The notes beneath the pieces were generated by a model, which had not been told where the DNA came from, did not search any database, and saw only the letters and a program-made list of their open reading frames with translations. This document shows, piece after piece, positions 18,514 to 27,763 of a stretch of DNA of 64,000 bases. Location: contig JACQSR010000033.1 of assembly GCA_016211215.1 (NCBI GenBank), positions 4,766-68,765 on the forward strand, written 5' to 3'. The first letter of the stretch is position 1; every line of letters starts with the position of its first letter. Source of the DNA: Candidatus Woesearchaeota archaeon. Its GTDB lineage: Archaea; Nanobdellota; Nanobdellia; Woesearchaeales; JACQSR01. The position numbers and the translations under genes were made by a program.

Positions 18514-20234
18514 TAGTATCTCTCCAGCGTGCTTAAATCTCCGAGTGGCAATCCCAGCTCCTTTGCCTTCAGAACTCTCCTCATTATTTTCCCGCTCCTT
18601 GTCTTGGGCAATGATTCAACAACTTCAATCTCTTTCGGATAGGCATGCCCTGCAAGATTCTTTTTCACAAAAGCCTTTATGTCCTCGTACAGCTCATTGG
18701 AATATCTGTAACCAGGATTTAGCACCACAAATGCCTTTATGATTTCCCCGTACAATGGGTCCGGCTTTCCAATCACTCCCGCTTCAGCAATCGCAGGATG
18801 GGCAACAAGTGCAGATTCAACCTCAAATGGTCCTACCCTGTGGCCGGCCGTCTTTATAACATCATCAGCCCTTCCAATAAACCAAAAATAGCCGTCCCTG
18901 TCCTTTAATGCCCTGTCGCCTGAGATGTACCATTTTCCGGCAAAACAGCTTTTGTATTTCTTTTCATTCTTCCAGATGGTTTTCATCATGGAAGGCCACC
19001 CCGGCTTAATAGCAAGATTGCCCTCAACCCCTGCCCTGACGGCCTTTCCCCTGTCGTCAACAATCTCCGCAACAATGCCCGGGCATGGCTTCCCCATCGA
19101 CCCAAGTCTGATGTCCATGCACGGGAAATTTGCAATCAAAATTCCCCCTGTTTCAGTCTGCCACCAGTTGTCATGAATCGGCATCCCGTATTCCTTCATT
19201 CCAAATTTAATTGCCTCCGGGTTTAAAGGCTCACCAACTGATGCTATATACCTAAGTCCCCTGAACCTTTTCCTTTCTTCCGAGTTTCTCTTCTGCGCCA
19301 TTATCATCCTTACGGCAGTTGGTGCAGTGTACCATACGCTTACATTGTATTTTCTCAAAATGCCGTGCCATTTCTCGACTGAGAACTGCCCTTCATATGC
19401 CACCTGCGTAACCCTGTTTGACCACGGCCCTAAAATTCCGTAAACAACACCGGTAACCCATCCCGGGTCAGCGGTGCACCAATATATGTCATCTTCCTTA
19501 AGGTCCAGAGCATATTTCGCAGTCAGGTGAGCCTGCAGCATTGCGTAATGGCAGTGGACAATTCCCTTTGATTTTCCAGTAGTTCCCGAGGTGTAAAGCA
19601 TAAAGGCAAAATCCCCTTTTTTCATTGGCTCTGCATTGTATTTATCTGAAGCGCCAGCAATCTCCTTTTCGTAGCTTATCCCCCCCTTTCCACCGACAAC
19701 AAAAATATGCTTCAGCTTCGGCATCTGCCTCTTAACTTCAAGCACCCTATCCAGAAGGGAAACGTGCGTAACCAATGCAACAGCCTCGCTTTGGCCTATC
19801 CTGTCAACAAGCCCCTCCTTTGCAAACGCCGAGAACAATGTTCCTGCAACTGCGCCTCTCTTCAGGATTCCAAGAAAAGAGGTGTAGAGCTCCGGAACCC
19901 TCGGAAGAAACAGAAAAACCCTGTCCCCTTTCCTTACCCTGTATTTCTTAAGGACATTTGCGAATTTGTTCGACAGATTCATCACGTCTTCATATGTTAG
20001 GATTCTCTCTTCCTTCTCTCCAATCCATACCAATGCCTTCTTTTTCCCGAATCCGGCTTCAACATGCCTGTCTATTGCATTGTACGCGGCATTTAATTTC
20101 TTTCCCTTGAACCATCCCAGTTCATTCTCAGCGCTCTTGAATGAGAATGCCCTGCAGAACTTGCCGTAATCGGGCATATTGGGCTTTATCTTTAGATTCT
20201 TACTCTTGACTTTGATTACTTCAACTTTTTCCAC
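18513..20234 (-). CDS. AMP-forming acetyl/acyl-CoA synthetase
   Basis: YTSGTTGKSKG AMP-binding motif, WWQTETGG, GDRALKDRDGYFWFIGRADDVIK and SGKIMRR. Resembles Acs. Confidence 0.85.
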   Translation of the reverse strand: MEKVEVIKVKSKNLKIKPNMPDYGKFCRAFSFKSAENELGWFKGKKLNAAYNAIDRHVEAGFGKKKALVWIGEKEERILTYEDVMNLSNKFANVLKKYRVRKGDRVFLFLPRVPELYTSFLGILKRGAVAGTLFSAFAKEGLVDRIGQSEAVALVTHVSLLDRVLEVKRQMPKLKHIFVVGGKGGISYEKEIAGASDKYNAEPMKKGDFAFMLYTSGTTGKSKGIVHCHYAMLQAHLTAKYALDLKEDDIYWCTADPGWVTGVVYGILGPWSNRVTQVAYEGQFSVEKWHGILRKYNVSVWYTAPTAVRMIMAQKRNSEERKRFRGLRYIASVGEPLNPEAIKFGMKEYGMPIHDNWWQTETGGILIANFPCMDIRLGSMGKPCPGIVAEIVDDRGKAVRAGVEGNLAIKPGWPSMMKTIWKNEKKYKSCFAGKWYISGDRALKDRDGYFWFIGRADDVIKTAGHRVGPFEVESALVAHPAIAEAGVIGKPDPLYGEIIKAFVVLNPGYRYSNELYEDIKAFVKKNLAGHAYPKEIEVVESLPKTRSGKIMRRVLKAKELGLPLGDLSTLERY

Positions 20235-20276
20235 ACAGCTTTTTCAGAAAATAGACTATAAATTACTTTCGGAATA

Positions 20277-23057
20277 TTAACTATGCCCCGCATCAATAAA
20301 TCTGTGGGTAAGTTCTTTCGTTAACGCCCCAAATGCAATTGGAGGAATTTTTTTACCATCTCTTGTTACATAAAACATATTCAAATTCCCTTCACCCCAT
20401 ACTGTTGACTTTAGGGAGTTGATGTTGTAGCCTTTTTCAGAGAGGTACCTTGTTATCGCTGCAAGCTGCCCTCTTTCATCCTTTCTCACATCGAATAGTA
20501 TTCGTGTACAGATGCTATCGTCCTCGACTTTTATTTCCCCCGGAAATTTCATCTTGTAAAGGGTCTCTTCTTGATATTCCGAAAGAAATCTAGATAGTGG
20601 GTTTTCACCCTTATCATTTAACAACATAATTAAATTTTGCGTAAAGGCACTATCATATGGTCCCTGAATTAACAATCTGTCATAAACTCTAGAGCGTTCT
20701 TCTCCTTCCTTTTTGTTTTCAGATTCATTATTGTGATCCAACTCCTTTTTACCACCTAATTTAAGGGTGTGTATATCTGAAGAAACTATGTTGAATCCTG
20801 CAGCATACAACAACCCGGCAACTTTTGAAAGTAAACCTACTTCATCGTTTGCGATTATCCTAAGCTCGTGATAGCCAGGAATTACTTCCCCATGCATATC
20901 TTTGTACTCGCCGGGGATTACGGCTATGTGCTCTCCAGAGATTATCCTTGTATAATCGTTTCTAATATGCCGGGTGTCATCAGGGTCTATCCCAAGAACG
21001 AAATCAAAAGGCAAAGACCCCAAAAAGCTTATCACCTTATCGTCACCATAGAAAAATCTCTTAAGCTTGGTGATTTTTTCTTCTACAAAACTTTCTGCAG
21101 AAGTAATCGGATTTGTTTCCATCTTATCTAAAAGTGCCTTCAGATTGTTATAGAGCGAAGTTACTTGATTTGTCTCAAGCAACGCCCTTGGGCCCTCAAA
21201 CTTCACTAAGGTGTCAGCAACCGTGTACAAGTACAGCATGTCAAGTCTTTCCATGCTTCCAATCTCCTTTGCCAATTGATTAAGTGAATCAAAATCCCCT
21301 GTTATGCCAAGAGTTGCCCTTTGGTAAAGCTTGTTGTGATTTTCCATGAGCCATGCAACCAGCACAACATCGACTCCGGATTCTGGAAATCGGTTCGCAT
21401 AGGCTAATTCCAAAAAGATATCCCTCCCTCTAGCCTGGTGCTCTGCCCAGTTGGTATCAAATCCAACACCGATATCATGAAACAGCAATCCAAGGTACAC
21501 CTCTACAACCTTCTTCCCCAACCCATCATAGACCCTCTTGAATTCTTTATAAGATTTTGAAGGTTTGTACTCTTTTGTATTCACCCTTGATATTTCCTCA
21601 AGTTTCGCAATGCCTTCTAACGATTGTTTTAAAACGGTCTTCGAATGGGGTAATTTTCTCTTTCCCCGCTCATTACTATACTCAAAACCCAACCTTGTTT
21701 GGGGCAAATATGCAAATAACAAACCTGTATCAGCTAACATCTTCATCGCTGAATGAACTTCTTTTCCCTCAAATACCCTCTTGAATTCAGATGAAACGGC
21801 AACACAGTCATCGTATGGAACATCAAAATACTGTGCTTTTCCGATTAAGCTTCTGCGTAAACTTGAGCTGATGTTTAGTCCATAGTTGGAAGCCAACGAG
21901 AAAGCTTTCATAACCTGAAGGGCATCCAATGGAACGTATCCCATATACACCCTATTTTTTTTGATTTCAAATCCCCCCTTCATAATCGGCTCTTTCTCAT
22001 AATAATGATTTACAACACTCCTGGAAATATCTTGAACATCCATAGTTGCTTGGAACACGGCTTTCATAACCACTTCGCTTGAATCTGCAGGAACTTCTAT
22101 ACCTTTACGCCTCAGGAACCTTTGAATTGCTACAAGATAGGGGAATTTAGCGATATAAGATGCCCGTTCCCTATTCACCGACTCAATGAACCTATTTTCA
22201 TCAAACTCGTTCCTTGAAAAACCGCAATGAATCAAATGCCTAACCCCTTTCAAAATCTCAAGTGCAGAAGCATACCTCTCTTTCTCCTCATCGCTTAAAA
22301 TGCCCCTCATAGTAAGATTTGAAATGTGGGGCTCGTTTCCACCGCCGCTGTAAACCAGGTACAACCATCTTAAGAGATTGTCATCCCTGAATCCCCCTAT
22401 TGAGTCTTTTAGGTTAACTGCCTCCTTGTTATATGATACCGAGACACTATCAAATCTATCGAAGAGGTTCTTAACTGCAATTAACTTGTCGAGTTTCTCA
22501 TAGAAATTTTTTCTAAAGTTTTCAAGGACCAAAGGGTCTCCCTTTAAGAATCTCACCCCTAAATAAGAGTTTATTTGAGTGGGGTCTTTAAGATCAGACA
22601 TATCAAAGGTGTTATTCAAAACCGATGCCGTTTCCACCCTGCCATGAAAAAACGATTCTTTTACCCTTTCATAAATATCCATATGGATACATTTAAACTC
22701 CGAGATAACAGCCCCCTCTAAGTCGGAAGGTTTCTTTTCCGAGACAAATCTTAGGTCAACATCAGAGGCTAAACTTGGATCTCCACGCTCATAGCTTCCA
22801 ACAAATAATAGGGCTAACTTATTCTCTCCACTTGATTTTGAAGCAACGTGGTCGTATATTCTAGAAACCGCATCACCGTGCAATTCAACCAAACTTCTGC
22901 TGGTTTCACTTGGATTAAAACCGCTGCTTTCTATGAATTCTCTTATTTTCCCAAGTCCGCTAATTATAGAGGAACTGATCTCTTCTATTAATTTTCCCTC
23001 TTTTTGCTTCAACTCTTTCTCCACCGCGCTTTCTTCTTTCTCAATTATTTTCCTCAT
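20277..23057 (-). CDS. GlnD-like protein with nucleotidyltransferase, HD and two ACT domains (PII uridylyltransferase architecture)
   Basis: N-terminal pol-beta NTase motif LLFVGSYERGDPSLASDVDL. Central HD motif LLFHDIGVG. Two C-terminal ACT-like segments: IIANDEVGLLSKVAGLLYAAGFNI and DERGQLAAITRYLSEKGYNI. 926 aa. Confidence 0.7.
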   Translation of the reverse strand: MRKIIEKEESAVEKELKQKEGKLIEEISSSIISGLGKIREFIESSGFNPSETSRSLVELHGDAVSRIYDHVASKSSGENKLALLFVGSYERGDPSLASDVDLRFVSEKKPSDLEGAVISEFKCIHMDIYERVKESFFHGRVETASVLNNTFDMSDLKDPTQINSYLGVRFLKGDPLVLENFRKNFYEKLDKLIAVKNLFDRFDSVSVSYNKEAVNLKDSIGGFRDDNLLRWLYLVYSGGGNEPHISNLTMRGILSDEEKERYASALEILKGVRHLIHCGFSRNEFDENRFIESVNRERASYIAKFPYLVAIQRFLRRKGIEVPADSSEVVMKAVFQATMDVQDISRSVVNHYYEKEPIMKGGFEIKKNRVYMGYVPLDALQVMKAFSLASNYGLNISSSLRRSLIGKAQYFDVPYDDCVAVSSEFKRVFEGKEVHSAMKMLADTGLLFAYLPQTRLGFEYSNERGKRKLPHSKTVLKQSLEGIAKLEEISRVNTKEYKPSKSYKEFKRVYDGLGKKVVEVYLGLLFHDIGVGFDTNWAEHQARGRDIFLELAYANRFPESGVDVVLVAWLMENHNKLYQRATLGITGDFDSLNQLAKEIGSMERLDMLYLYTVADTLVKFEGPRALLETNQVTSLYNNLKALLDKMETNPITSAESFVEEKITKLKRFFYGDDKVISFLGSLPFDFVLGIDPDDTRHIRNDYTRIISGEHIAVIPGEYKDMHGEVIPGYHELRIIANDEVGLLSKVAGLLYAAGFNIVSSDIHTLKLGGKKELDHNNESENKKEGEERSRVYDRLLIQGPYDSAFTQNLIMLLNDKGENPLSRFLSEYQEETLYKMKFPGEIKVEDDSICTRILFDVRKDERGQLAAITRYLSEKGYNINSLKSTVWGEGNLNMFYVTRDGKKIPPIAFGALTKELTHRFIDAGHS

Positions 23058-23110
23058 TGGAAAAGGAAATGCAATAGAATTTAAATACCTTAAGTTTCTA
23101 TGATAACATT

Positions 23111-23947
23111 ATGGAAATCAACAGGATGCTCTTCGGCACTGCAGGAATACCGCTTTCAAGCATTCCGAGGACAACCGAGAACGGGATTGCGCATCTCAAA
23201 AAGCTCAACTTGGATGCAATGGAGCTTGAGTTTGTGCACAGCGTTAACATATCGCCGGACAAAGCGCCCATGGTAAAAAGAGCAGCAGAAAAAAGCAACA
23301 TTACGCTGACATGCCACGGACAGTATTACATAAACCTTTCTTCAAATGAAAACTCAATAATTGGGGCGTCGAAGCAGAGAATACTTAATGCGGCAAGAAT
23401 AGCAGATTTATGCGGCGCCTGGTCTTTGGTTTTCCACGCCGGCTTCTACCAGAAAAAATCACCGGGAGATGTTTACGGCATTATCAAAAAAGGCCTCGAA
23501 GAAATCTCCGGAATTCTGAAGGGGGAAGGAAACAAAATATGGATAAGGCCGGAAACTACGGGAAAACTGGCGCAATTCGGCACGGTTGATGAAATTTTAA
23601 GGCTCAGCCAGGAAGTTGATAATGTAATGCCCTGCATTGACTTTTCGCACCTGCACGCAAGGAGCAACGGGAAAATAAACTCCGAGAATGATTTTAGGCA
23701 AATTCTGGAAAAAGTTGAAAATGCATTGGGAAAAAACGGATTAAATAATATGCACATCCACCTTTCGGGGATAAATTACGGCGAAAGGGGAGAAAAAAAC
23801 CACCTAAACCTCGAAGAGTCGGACATCAACTACAAAGGACTCCTGAAAGTATGGAAAGACTTTAATATAAAGGGAGTTGTAATCTCGGAATCCCCAAACA
23901 TCGAAGGAGACGCAATGTTAATAAAGGGGCTCTTTGAAATCCTATGA
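23111..23947 (+). CDS. endonuclease IV-like / xylose-isomerase-like TIM-barrel protein (AP endonuclease family 2)
   Basis: FGTAGIP, the LVFHAG, IRPETTG and IDFSHLHA metal-ligand blocks, and HIHLSG. Confidence 0.7.
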   Translation: MEINRMLFGTAGIPLSSIPRTTENGIAHLKKLNLDAMELEFVHSVNISPDKAPMVKRAAEKSNITLTCHGQYYINLSSNENSIIGASKQRILNAARIADLCGAWSLVFHAGFYQKKSPGDVYGIIKKGLEEISGILKGEGNKIWIRPETTGKLAQFGTVDEILRLSQEVDNVMPCIDFSHLHARSNGKINSENDFRQILEKVENALGKNGLNNMHIHLSGINYGERGEKNHLNLEESDINYKGLLKVWKDFNIKGVVISESPNIEGDAMLIKGLFEIL

Positions 23948-24735
23948 CAATGTACGTACACAATATTGACCCAACTTTATTGCACATAGGCCCGTTGGAG
24001 ATTCGCTACTATGGCCTTGTTTACGTTCTCGGCTTTATCGCTTCATATTATGTCCTGATATGGTACCAGAAAAAGGGCTATCTGGAGCTGAAGAAGGACG
24101 ATGTTGAGAATCTTCTGCTCTACATAATGCTTGGTGTCATTTTAGGCTCAAGATTGGGGGAGGTTTTCTGGGAGCCGGCATATTACCTTTCTAATCCAAT
24201 TAATATACTCAAAATCTGGGAAGGCGGGATGTCGTTCCACGGCGGCTTAATCGGCGTCATAATAGCGGTGTACTATTTTTCCAGAAAATACAAAATAGGT
24301 TTCCTGGAGATTACAGACATCATTGCAATTCCGGCAGTCATCGCTCTTGCGTTTGGCAGGATTGCAAACTTCATCAACGGCGAGCTTTGGGGCACCGTGA
24401 CAAATGTTCCGTGGTGCGTCCAGTTCAAGAATGCCGAAGGATGCAGGCACCCAGTGCAGCTCTATGCGGCATTCGGAAGATTTGTTGCAGGCGGAATACT
24501 AATCCTGCTTGCAAGGAGCAGAAGAAAAACAGGATTCATATCATTTGCGTTCCTTACGCTGATTGGCATTGGAAGATTTTTTTCTGATTTCCTGAGGGAA
24601 GACCCAAGATTGTTTGGGTTAAGCTTAGGGCAGTATTTGTCATTGGCCATGGCCATAGCAGGCATATACATCTTGGCCAAGAGCTACAGGGAAGAATTAA
24701 TCAACATCTTTAAGCGCACTGACGTGTCTTCCTAG
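23944..24735 (+). CDS. lgt: prolipoprotein diacylglyceryl transferase (Lgt) homolog
   Basis: Lgt blocks IRYYGLVYVLGF, GSRLGEV, WEGGMSFHGGLIG, GRIANFINGELWG, RHPVQLY and GRFFSDFLRED. ATGA overlap with the upstream gene. Confidence 0.85.
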   Translation: MTMYVHNIDPTLLHIGPLEIRYYGLVYVLGFIASYYVLIWYQKKGYLELKKDDVENLLLYIMLGVILGSRLGEVFWEPAYYLSNPINILKIWEGGMSFHGGLIGVIIAVYYFSRKYKIGFLEITDIIAIPAVIALAFGRIANFINGELWGTVTNVPWCVQFKNAEGCRHPVQLYAAFGRFVAGGILILLARSRRKTGFISFAFLTLIGIGRFFSDFLREDPRLFGLSLGQYLSLAMAIAGIYILAKSYREELINIFKRTDVSS

Positions 24736-24962
24736 CTTCTCAACCTCGCCCTTTACGCTCAACTTCTTTTCCCTTAGGTCATTTATGTTTACTATGCTCT
24801 GCTGTATCTCAAAAAGTATCCCATCAAAAGAAGAAGCATTACCCCCAACGCGCTCCCTGACAGGCATACCTTTTATTAGCATACACCCTTTTTAAGTTTT
24901 CCGTTTGGTTTCCATATGCTGCGATATCAATAGAAGTACAAGTATACAATTGTCATCAACTA

Positions 24963-25901
24963 CTACCTGAAATGGTCATAGCCGGCCTTCTTCAGGATTT
25001 TTTCCTTCCCGTCCCCATACAGCGCAACCCCCTTTCCCTTCATTATCTCACCAATAAGGAAGCCCGGAACCTTTCCAAGGTTTTTCCCGGAAACAGTGTA
25101 CACCAACTCAAAATCCTCCCCGCCAAACAGGGCATAATCATAGGCATCATTGCCGCAAGCCTTGGCAGCCCTGAATGTTTCTTCGGATATGGGTATGTTG
25201 TCCCTGAACACCACTGCCTTGACCCCGCTCATGCATGCAATAGTTCTCGCTTCAGACGCAAGTCCGTCAGAAATGTCCTCCATTGCATTTATGTATTTGG
25301 AATATTTTCTGGAAAAGTCAAGCCTTGACTTGGGTTCCAGGTGGAAAAGCGTGCTTTTTCCCTCAAGCCCTTTTTTCAGCAGATTTAATCCTGCGGCAGA
25401 TTTTCCCAAGTCCCCTGAAACAAGTATGAAATCGCCCGGCCTTGCATCAGACCTTCTGCACATTTCCTTTTTGCTTACCACTCCAACAAGGGTTATTGTT
25501 ATGGATATCTCATTTCCGCTCGAAGTATCCCCCCCTATGATTGAGATTCCGTAACTCCTGCAGACTTTTCTCATGCCGCTGTAAAGCCCGTCAGCAAACT
25601 CAACTGGAGTACTTTTCCTAAACGTCAATGCTACAAAAGCATATTTTGGAATTCCGCCGATTGCTGCAATGTCCGAAACGTTGCTTTCCATCGCCTTGAT
25701 GCCTATCTGCACCGGACTGAAGTATTTCAGAGAAAAATGCCTCCCTTCAACCAAAGAGTCTGTTGTAATGCAAATTAATTTTTTCCCGATTCTGACAACA
25801 GCACAGTCATCTCCAATTCCAACTGCAACATCCTTTGGGGGTTTTCCCCTTGCAAGCCTTTTGATGAGCGCAAATTCCCCCCCAAGCTCGCTTATCTTCA
25901 T
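24963..25901 (-). CDS. thiL: thiamine-monophosphate kinase
   Basis: GIGDDCAVV, DSLVEGRHF, AIGG, GGDTS and GGEDFEL (AIR-synthase-like fold, ThiL pattern). Confidence 0.85.
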   Translation of the reverse strand: MKISELGGEFALIKRLARGKPPKDVAVGIGDDCAVVRIGKKLICITTDSLVEGRHFSLKYFSPVQIGIKAMESNVSDIAAIGGIPKYAFVALTFRKSTPVEFADGLYSGMRKVCRSYGISIIGGDTSSGNEISITITLVGVVSKKEMCRRSDARPGDFILVSGDLGKSAAGLNLLKKGLEGKSTLFHLEPKSRLDFSRKYSKYINAMEDISDGLASEARTIACMSGVKAVVFRDNIPISEETFRAAKACGNDAYDYALFGGEDFELVYTVSGKNLGKVPGFLIGEIMKGKGVALYGDGKEKILKKAGYDHFR

Positions 25902-25964
25902 GCCTTTCCCGAAGAGCCATAAGGTTTATAAACATTTACGTCTACAAAATTTAAGGGTGATGCT

Positions 25965-26186
25965 ATGGCAAAGGTGCTTATGGACTGCGTATTTCCAAAA
26001 AAACTGATAAAGGAGCCGGTTTTGTACAAGCTGACAACCAATCACGGAGTTATACCAAATATTCTGAAGGCTGATGTGACAAACCAGCGCGGCTACCTTG
26101 AGCTTGAGCTTTCCGGAAAAAAGGAAAAGATTGATGCTGCTGTGAAATACCTCAGGGCTCTCGAGGTCGGGGTAAAGCTCAAATGA
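25965..26186 (+). CDS. NIL-domain small protein
   Basis: 73 aa. The pattern FP..LIKEPVLYKL......PNILKADV....GYLELELSG fits NIL domains. Confidence 0.55.
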   Translation: MAKVLMDCVFPKKLIKEPVLYKLTTNHGVIPNILKADVTNQRGYLELELSGKKEKIDAAVKYLRALEVGVKLK

Positions 26187-26264
26187 TAAGGCTTATAAAA
26201 AGCCCCCGAATACCCGGGAAAATGATAACACGCTGTTGCTGTTAATTCTGTCATTGTACTAGCC

Positions 26265-26337
26265 GGGAGGGTAGCCAAGCGGCCAAGGCGATCGCCTGCA
26301 GAGCGATTATTCATGGGTTCGAGTCCCATTCCTCCCT
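26265..26337 (+). tRNA. tRNA-Cys (GCA), intron-less
   Basis: Acceptor GGGAGGG/UCCUCCC plus discriminator U73 (a Cys identity element). D arm GCC-AAGCGGCCAA-GGC. Anticodon arm AUCGC-CUGCAGA-GCGAU. T arm AUGGG-UUCGAGU-CCCAU. A T-run TTAATTTTTGT lies downstream. Confidence 0.9.
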
Positions 26338-26408
26338 CTTAATTTTTGTAAGGATTTGTTTGTTATAACATATAAATCTATAAAAAGATACCATGGTTAG
26401 TTATCCAA

Positions 26409-27032
26409 ATGACAACCCCAATTACATTCGGCAAAACTTTGGATGATCACTTGAGATTTATATCTGAAAGGGATAAGGGGATTGAGTTTCTTGCAAGAAA
26501 ATTGCCAAAAGGGAATGAAAGACTCGAACTTTGGCATCGCGTGTTCAATTACGAACAAGAGGTTGGTCTTGAGTCAGATGCTGTTCAAAGGGTGTCGCAG
26601 TATTGGAATGGTTTAGGCCCTGAATTGCAACTTGCTATGGAAAGAAAGGTAATGCCTTTGTTTGGATATAAAGGCGATGACCTTAGAATGCGCTTTGCAT
26701 ATTTCTTGGACAGGGCCGCAGAAGAGCTTAGGGATTTGAATGTCAAATATGAAGATTTACTCGAAAGAGTGTTTAAAGCTAAATCGGGAGCAAAGGCAGG
26801 GTTAGGTTTTGGTGTCGGAATCTCAGCTTATATGTTGGGTAGTATGGCATACGAAGCTGCAACTAATCCTCAGCTCCGCGAGGCACTTGGTAAAGAGCCA
26901 ATTCGGTATGCGGCTGCCGTCACCGTTATGACATTGGCCCTTTTAGGATACTCTATTTTGACAGGGGCTTTCATCGGAGCAGCAGGTAAATTAGTGAATG
27001 ACAAGATTTCTCAAAGCAGTTATAGGGGATAA
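26409..27032 (+). CDS. hypothetical membrane protein with a helical N-domain and a C-terminal glycine-zipper two-helix region; paralog of 63561..63986
   Basis: ERKVMPLFGYKGDDLRMRFAYFLD and KAKSGAKAGLGFGVG align with ERKNSPWLGRRGDSLGMRFAYFQD and DAKCGAKAGLVAGAA of the ORF at the right edge. Confidence 0.55.
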   Translation: MTTPITFGKTLDDHLRFISERDKGIEFLARKLPKGNERLELWHRVFNYEQEVGLESDAVQRVSQYWNGLGPELQLAMERKVMPLFGYKGDDLRMRFAYFLDRAAEELRDLNVKYEDLLERVFKAKSGAKAGLGFGVGISAYMLGSMAYEAATNPQLREALGKEPIRYAAAVTVMTLALLGYSILTGAFIGAAGKLVNDKISQSSYRG

Positions 27033-27161
27033 TCAAAAAGCAATGCTGGAAAATTGTCCCCATTCGCATAAAACTGGGAAAAGACAATAAACCGGTAAAA
27101 CCTTTATTTAATAGCAAAGCTTATATATAACCTGATATATATTAACTATAGTCAGTACATA

Positions 27162-27386
27162 ATGACACCAACAACAATCCAACTCGACAAGTCGCTTGTC
27201 AATGCTCTGAAATCTTCAAGAGAATACCCTAGACAGACATATAACGAGCTGATAAGAAACATGATGCACGTCTTCCATAGTGTGAAGAAAAGAAACCAGT
27301 ATGACGAGTTTCTCCACAAGGTTCAGCAGGCTAAGATGAAGGAGTTATGGGACAACAAGGAAGATGAGGTATGGGAAAATGCCTAA
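27162..27386 (+). CDS. type II antitoxin (ribbon-helix-helix-like), partner of the MazF/PemK-like toxin
   Basis: 74 aa. N-terminal TTIQLDKSLVNALK beta-strand/helix pattern. Overlaps the downstream toxin ORF. Confidence 0.6.
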   Translation: MTPTTIQLDKSLVNALKSSREYPRQTYNELIRNMMHVFHSVKKRNQYDEFLHKVQQAKMKELWDNKEDEVWENA

Positions 27387-27690
27387 GCCGGGGGATGTGG
27401 TTCTTGCCCAAGTCCAGTTTGTTGATACTTTTGAAGTCAAAAAGAGGCCAGCCCTCTTCCTCTTCGAAGAATACGACAATGTTGTCGTGGCAGGGATAAC
27501 AAGCAACACGGAAATGAAAGGCATATCATTGACAAAAAAAGAGGGCGCAATAAGGGATAGCGTTATCAAGTTAAATTACATTTTTACAATTTCAAAGGCG
27601 ATGATTGAAAAAGTATTGTTTTCTTTGACTAACGAGAAAAAAACACTGGTTTACAACGAACTGTTGAAAAAGTTGAGTGCTCTTAGATGA
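27364..27690 (+). CDS. MazF/PemK-family toxin-like protein
   Basis: PKPGDVVLAQVQF......KKRPALFL......VVVAGITSN is the PemK/MazF SH3-like core pattern. An alternative start MPKPGD lies at 27379. Confidence 0.65.
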   Translation: MRYGKMPKPGDVVLAQVQFVDTFEVKKRPALFLFEEYDNVVVAGITSNTEMKGISLTKKEGAIRDSVIKLNYIFTISKAMIEKVLFSLTNEKKTLVYNELLKKLSALR

Positions 27691-27763
27691 GATGGTTAAA
27701 GGCACAACAATTTTTTAGCCTTTTCCCTCAATCTTTAAATAATAACCGTCAGCAACATCCTTT

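Noticed and set aside
24697-24882. A 61-aa minus-strand ORF overlaps the 3' end of lgt and has a TATA-like ACTTAAAAAGG about 25 nt upstream.
   Set aside because: It might be a real small coiled-coil protein. However, it overlaps lgt by 39 nt, has no recognisable family, and is near the length where random ORFs are common. Not reported as a feature.
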